Positions 57,973 to 64,000 of a stretch of DNA of 64,000 nt are shown here, one piece after another (positions within the stretch are counted from its first letter, which is position 1; every line of letters begins with the position of its first letter). The notes below the pieces were generated by a model. It saw only the letters and a program-made list of their open reading frames with translations, was not told the origin of the DNA and did no database searches. The position numbers were made by a program, and so were the translations under genes. The stretch covers positions 97,712,001 to 97,776,000 of the forward strand of contig OX597814.1 in the NCBI GenBank assembly GCA_951406725.2, in the 5' to 3' direction. The stretch comes from Octopus vulgaris. Taxonomy: Eukaryota.

Positions 57973-58788
57973 CAAGATGTCCCAAAAGTCACTGATGGGT
58001 TTCAATTTTTGATAACTTCCTTAACTTTACAAATAAATGCATGAAATTTTAATACAATATAAAGAACATTATAGAAATTAATTATTTAACCTTTTCCCTC
58101 TCTTTTCAGATTTTATGTGCTCATGGATCTGAGAAATTCATTATGGAAAAATACTGCACTCAACAACGCAACCAAGTGGTAGAATTCTTCTATCAAATTC
58201 AGTGAGAGATGCACCAAGTGAGAATGCAATTAAAAACTTAGTCCTTCTTTCTTTGAGGACGATGACAGAAATGCTGTTACAGTGACTAGAGAACAGTACA
58301 GAACCATGATTGAGACCTCACACATGGTTCCAGCAAGATGAGGCAACTGCAAATGCTACGGTAGTGCTTTGAAAAGAGAATAATCTCCCCTTACAACAAA
58401 GTCAACTGGCCTTTATGTTCCCCAGACTTGACTAGTCCGGATTTTTTCTTGTGGGGATACCTGAAAGAGAAGGTTTACATCAACAAACCAGAGACTCTGG
58501 TGTAACTGAAGAAGAACATCAATAGAGAAATCAGAAAAGTGGGGTCTGAAACTCTTGATGTTGTTATGGTGCAAGTTTTGGAAAGAGCATGGGCATGCAA
58601 AGCCAAAAATGTCTGCCATTTAAGCGATGCCATTTTTTATATGTGATGTAGAGAGGTTGCAAAATTTGACTTGTGCATATTAATTTCCATTATGTCCTTA
58701 ATATTGTATCAAAATTTCATGCATTTATTTGTAAAGTTAAGGAAGTTATTAAAAACTGAAACCCATTAGTGATTTTTGGGACACCCTG
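57973..58788 (+). mobile_element. Internally deleted Tc1/mariner element (maT/rosa-like) with long TIRs
   Basis: TA flanks; ~110-bp TIRs; remnants WFQQD and SPDLTSPDFFLWGYLKEKVY. Confidence 0.8.
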
Positions 58789-59736
58789 TACAGGACAACC
58801 CAAAACAATCCACAAACACTCTATACAGTAAATATTCAATAAAATAAACAACCCCCTACAACAGGTACTCTACAGCAGTTCTATATTTAAGAGATGAGGA
58901 ATTATGTACAATATTTACATTCGACGGACAAACAAGATGAGGATAAATATCCATCAAATGTAAATAATGTAAATAAGGTGCTCTACAGGTTGGATATCCA
59001 ACAGAACGCAACTCACATTATGCAAACACAAACACTAATACAACAAAAAATTCAAGATAAACCCCATAACAAAACAAACCGATGCAATACGTGAAGTTTG
59101 TACTCCTCCAGCACCAACAAAAAGAAGAACATACAATGCTGCACACACCTCAGCAACACAGAGGTGTAGCAAGAGATGTAGCAGAAATTTGCCTGAAACC
59201 ATCAGTGGCTCTCATGGCTTCTGATCTTAACTGATTGAAAGTGTTAATATGCACATACTTTGTCTTGGTGTAAAAGATGGGCTACAGTAAATATTCTGCT
59301 CAATACTATAGATTTACTTGCCAGTTGCTTGACCTTAACCAGTTGAACAGATCCCTTAGTGGCTGACAACATGTGCATCTCTGATCATGAGCAGAAGTAG
59401 TGAGAGAGCATCATAATCATGTGTTGAGAGGTATTCTTTGACGTTTGAATAATTCCCCTCTGGAAACCCGTTTCGTTCATCATTTGTAAAGAACCCTTAT
59501 TCATGGACCTTTTGAGTGGGATGGGCTACTTGACCTCAAGAACATTCTAACTGGGCCCCACCTATAATGTCATGCACTGTTTATCTTGATATGAGGTCAC
59601 CATGTTGCACATATATAGTTGTGATGAATATGCCTTATGTTCTCTTATCAATTGAATAGGCATGATGGATATATTGAACTTTATATATTAGTACCCGATG
59701 AATAATAATAATTAATCAGAAGTAAAATATACATAC

Positions 59737-59847
59737 CTGACTGAAGCAGTGAATCGTAAAAGATCATGTATTGTATAACTTGCTGACACACCAAGCATAC
59801 AGATCATTTCACTGCGTGGAAGATCTTCCTTCAATAATACCATTTGA
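59737..59847 (-). CDS. BRAP: BRAP exon (QMVLLKEDLPRSEMICMLGVSASYTIHDLLRFTASV)
   Basis: tag/gtatg ends, 111 nt, phase 2-2. Confidence 0.94.
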
Positions 59848-61733
59848 CTACAAATAAAAAATCATATTTAAATTGTAAAGAAACAAAAACAATTTAAAAT
59901 TACAGAGTCCTTATAATCATTCATAACAATACTTAATTTCAATTCAGAAAATTGAAAAACAAGAATCCTCAGACTTTGTAATCATCATAAAAACAACCTC
60001 TCAAGCTGTGTGACTGAGAAGCTAGCTTTGCAAACCATGAGGTTTCAGGTTCAATCCTACTGCACAGCAACCCAAGCAAGAGTATTCTACTATAGCCTGT
60101 TATGAGTTAATTTGGTAGGCAGAAACTGTGTGGAAGCCTGTCATACATGTTATGTCTTTGTACCTGTGTTTGTCTCTCTACCTTCTTCTTGACAAGTGGT
60201 GTTGGTTTATTTACATCCCTGCAACTTAGTAGTTTGGGAAAAGACACAGACAGAATGAGTAGCAGTGTTGTTGGATGCGACAGCAAGTGGGTCATTGCTG
60301 AATAAGAGGAAGAGTGAGATTCAAAACGAAATCCTCGGGAATATTAGAGATGATTGAGAGCAGGGTAGAAAGAGCTCAGTCAACATATGCACTGATGTTG
60401 CAAACAGATAAGAAGCTACCATTCCAAGAGATGAGAGAAGGTGGAGACTGTAGATGGAAAGTGTTGACAGGAGACCTGCACACCAGGCACAACTGACGGT
60501 TTTTCTGATATCCAGGGCAACAACACAGCTTTTACTGAACTTCTCTAGAGTGAGTGCTTACTGGTGGGTGACGTAACAGAATAGGTTACTATTAGATTTA
60601 GTGGTACTGGCAGTAATTGAAAAGGAAACAAAACTTAAATTATTTTAACAGATTTGCTGTACAGAATATTAAAACAAAAAAAAAACAATAAATAAATGAA
60701 GTGACTTATAGAATGACAAAAATGTTATTAAATTGTAGTACAACAGACTTTTTTGTTGCTAACTAGATACTTCCATGAGGATAAAAGAAATTCACATATA
60801 CACATGCATATGTGTATATGACTGTGTGGTTTGAAGTTCACTTTGCAACCATGTGGTTTCATGTTCAGTCCCACTGCATGGTATCTTAGGCAAATATTTT
60901 CTACTATAGTCTGGGTCAACCAGTACCTTACAAGTGAATTTGATAGACAGAATCTTCATGGAAGTTTATCGTGTATATAAACATAAATCATCATTATCAT
61001 CATTTAATGACCATTGTCCATGCTGGCATGGGTTGGACAGTTTGACCAGGGCTGGTAAGCTACAGGCTGCACCAGACTCCAGTCTGATTTGGCATGGTCT
61101 CTACAGCTGGATGCCCTTACTAACACCAACCACTTCAAGAGTGTAATGAGTGCTTTTGCATGCCACCGGCATGGGGTACCAGTTGCATGATATCAGCATC
61201 TGCCAGGACTACAATTTCACTTGGCTTGATGGGTCTTCTATCTCAAGCACAGCATGTTGCCAAAGGTCTCAACCATTTATCATTGCCTCTGAGAGGCCCA
61301 ATGCTTGAATAGTGCTTTTTACGTGCCACCGGTATGGTTATGTGAGATTGACAACAGCTACAACTATGGTTTCACTTGGGTGCATTTTATGTGCCACTGG
61401 CATGAGTGCACTTACACAGTACTGGCACAAGTGCATTTTATGTGGCGCCAGCACCTGTAAAAGATAAGCCTGTATGTATGGGTGAGTGGAGTGTGTGTGT
61501 GTGTGTGTGCGCACCCGCGCATATGTGTCTTTGTCCTACACCATTGCTTGACAACTGGTGTTGGTTTGCTTATGTTCTTGTAATCTAGCAGTTTGGTAAA
61601 AGAGAGCAGAAGAATAAATACCAAACTCAAAAAAAAAAAAAGCACTGGGGTTGATTCTTTCAGATAACACCTTCAAGGCTATGCTCCAACTGACTGAAAC
61701 AAATGAAAGATAAAAAATACTTTTTCAACTTAC

Positions 61734-62079
61734 TTATCTTTATATATATGTAAAATTCCTTTGGTCACTTCAACCATTGGGTTTCCAGAGAAAAAATGAA
61801 TAGAAGAACTGTTAGGATTCTTATGTCTAGTGGTGAAATTATTTGAATTATAATGCATAGTTTCTCCACTACTACATGAAGGATCCCGACAATTAGAAGC
61901 TACTTTGCTACTCTCTTGGGAGCTGCTTTTTTCAGAATGTTCATCATCATCATCATCATCACCACCAGGAAGTTTTTTCCCATAACTTATCACATTAGCT
62001 TCATGGGTCTTTTTGGAGTTTTTAAAATGTGAGGTATCTGAGGTTTTCTTTGATGTATCACGTTCGGTTTTAGAATTCT
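61734..62079 (-). CDS. BRAP: BRAP N-terminal-region exon (...IHFFSGNPMVEVTKGILHIYKD)
   Basis: Clear gtaag donor; cag acceptor at 62080-62082 (could be 2 nt further in); conserved FFSGNP motif. Confidence 0.85.
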
Positions 62080-62916
62080 CTGTGAATTATTGAAAAATAA
62101 AAGAAATGTAATGCATGATAATCTTATATTTTACAGGAAAATCAAATAATAAAAAAAATCATTATCATTTAAAGTCCACTTTTCTCTACTTGCAAGAGTC
62201 AGACTGAATTTGTTGAGGCAAGCTTTCTACAGCCTGATGCCTTTTCTGTTGCTAACACTCACCTGTTTCCAAATGAGGTAACATTTTTCCATGGCCAGAG
62301 AGGGCTAGGAGGAAACAGAAGAGGAAGGAGAGGAGTAAGGAGAGATTAGGCAGCAGCATTGTTTGTTGATGCAGATTTCTAAGTCTAGACATATTCCCAT
62401 GAAAGATCGAGACTAATGACACTGTTTGAATGACACTTATTTACATCCCTTGCAAAATGTCAAAACAATCATGTACACACACACACACACACAAAACTAC
62501 ATGCGTGTGTGTGTTTAAGCGTGTAGGAGCTTAGTCAATTTAATTTTAATAGCTGCAGAAGGTTGAATGCACAACTCCAACAGGATCCGAACACAGGATG
62601 TAAAGAGATATGCCTAAGTTCTCATATTTCAGAAAGACCACCATCTTAATAATGAAATTGGAGCATAGCCACCCACAGACGATCAAATCATGACACTTCA
62701 AAATTTCAACATCTCTCTTTCTCTCTTTCAGACAAATATCCTCTTCAAATATTCCACCACAGGGAATAAATAAATAAAATGGATGATCAGATGCTCACTT
62801 TTGCCAAATTACAACACACTCACCTTTCATAAAAACTGTTTGAGGACAGAATACCCCCCTCCTAAAATCCTTTTTACTTCCAGAAATGAGGATTGAGATT
62901 TTAATAACAATAATTG

Positions 62917-63920
62917 TTTCTAGTAAAGGCACAAAAACAAGAAATGTAATGGCAGGGAGCCAATGAATTATGTTAACCCCAGTACTTGACTAGAACATTA
63001 TTTTATTGATATTCTAAGGATGAAAAGCAAAGTTAACTTTCATAGGATTGGAACTCAGAATGTAAACAACCAGAGTACTACAAGGCATTTTCATTCCACT
63101 CATGCGCTAGTAATTTTGCTAATCCTAAATAATAATAGAAATAATTGTTTCTAACATAGGTACAGGGCCTGAACTTTTGGATGAGAAGTTACTTGATAAT
63201 ATTAGTTTTAAATTTTGGCACATGGCCAGCTATTTTAGGAGAGGAGTAAATTTTATTAAATTGACCCCAGTGTTCAACTGGTACTTATTTTATTGACTCC
63301 CAAAAACTGAAAGGCAAAGTAAATCTTGGTGAAATCTGAACTCAGAACTTAAAGATGGACGAAATGCCACTAAGCATTTAGTTTGGTGTGCTAACAATTC
63401 TGCCAGCTAAGGGCCTTTCAAATATGGGTTTCAAATTCTGTCACAAAGTCAGTAGTTTGGGAGGAGGAGCTAAGTCAATTAAATTAACCCCAGTGCTCGA
63501 CTGGTATTTTCCTCAAAAAGATGAAAGGCGAAGTCAACTCCAGCAGAATTTGAACTCAAAATGTAAAGATGAACAAAATGCCAGTAAGCATGCCGACATA
63601 GAAAATCTGCCAAAATGAATTCTGTTTGACCTACATATGGCAAAGTGCACATTAAAATGACAACAATGTTGGTGGTGATAATGACAACAATTATCAACAA
63701 AATTATTAGGGTGTGAGAAAAAAATGTCCAGCATGCTAATGATTTTGCCAACTCACTGCCTTACGGTTACTTGATAATATTGATCCTAATACGTGATTTG
63801 GTATTTTATTTTATCAATCTTGGAAGGAAGAAAGGCAAAACTAATGTTGGTGAGATTTGAACTTACAATGTAAGAAGTTAGAACAAATACTGCAAGGCAT
63901 TTTTTTCTGACACTGTAACA
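62917..63920 (-). mobile_element. Cluster of ~4 Nin/Deu-like SINE copies
   Basis: Repeated ttttggcaca..ggccagc..accccagt..ggtacttatttt..aaaggcaaagt..tgaactcagaa. Confidence 0.7.
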
Positions 63921-64000
63921 GCTTTGTTGATAATTGTTGTTGTCATCATCACCACCAACATAGGTCAAATGGAATTCATTGTGGCACATTTTCTATGTCA

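Overview
AT-rich, repeat-dense eukaryotic DNA, most likely from an octopus (inferred from the SINE families). One host gene spans the window on the minus strand: BRAP (BRAP2/IMP; BRAP2 domain, RING-H2, ZnF-UBP, coiled coil). I could splice 13 GT-AG coding exons in frame from 62079 to the stop at 3994 (about 554 codons); the start codon lies beyond the right edge. The introns hold RTE, CR1-like, R4/Dong-like and Penelope LINE relics, Tc1 (DD36E), mariner and maT/rosa-like transposons, several MITEs, a Helitron, many SINEs and kb-long (TA)n tracts. The most striking feature is a near-identical 362-bp tandem array (about 2.7 units plus a 115-bp inverted segment) inserted in (TA)n at 35736-36840. 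Each unit carries a type I hammerhead ribozyme with a U3-A8 core variant, and a second atypical hammerhead-like motif lies at each unit junction. It looks like a young, non-autonomous Penelope-derived retrozyme, potentially a circRNA source. Several fossil hammerheads lie elsewhere in the introns. Structures were folded by eye, with no software or database searches.
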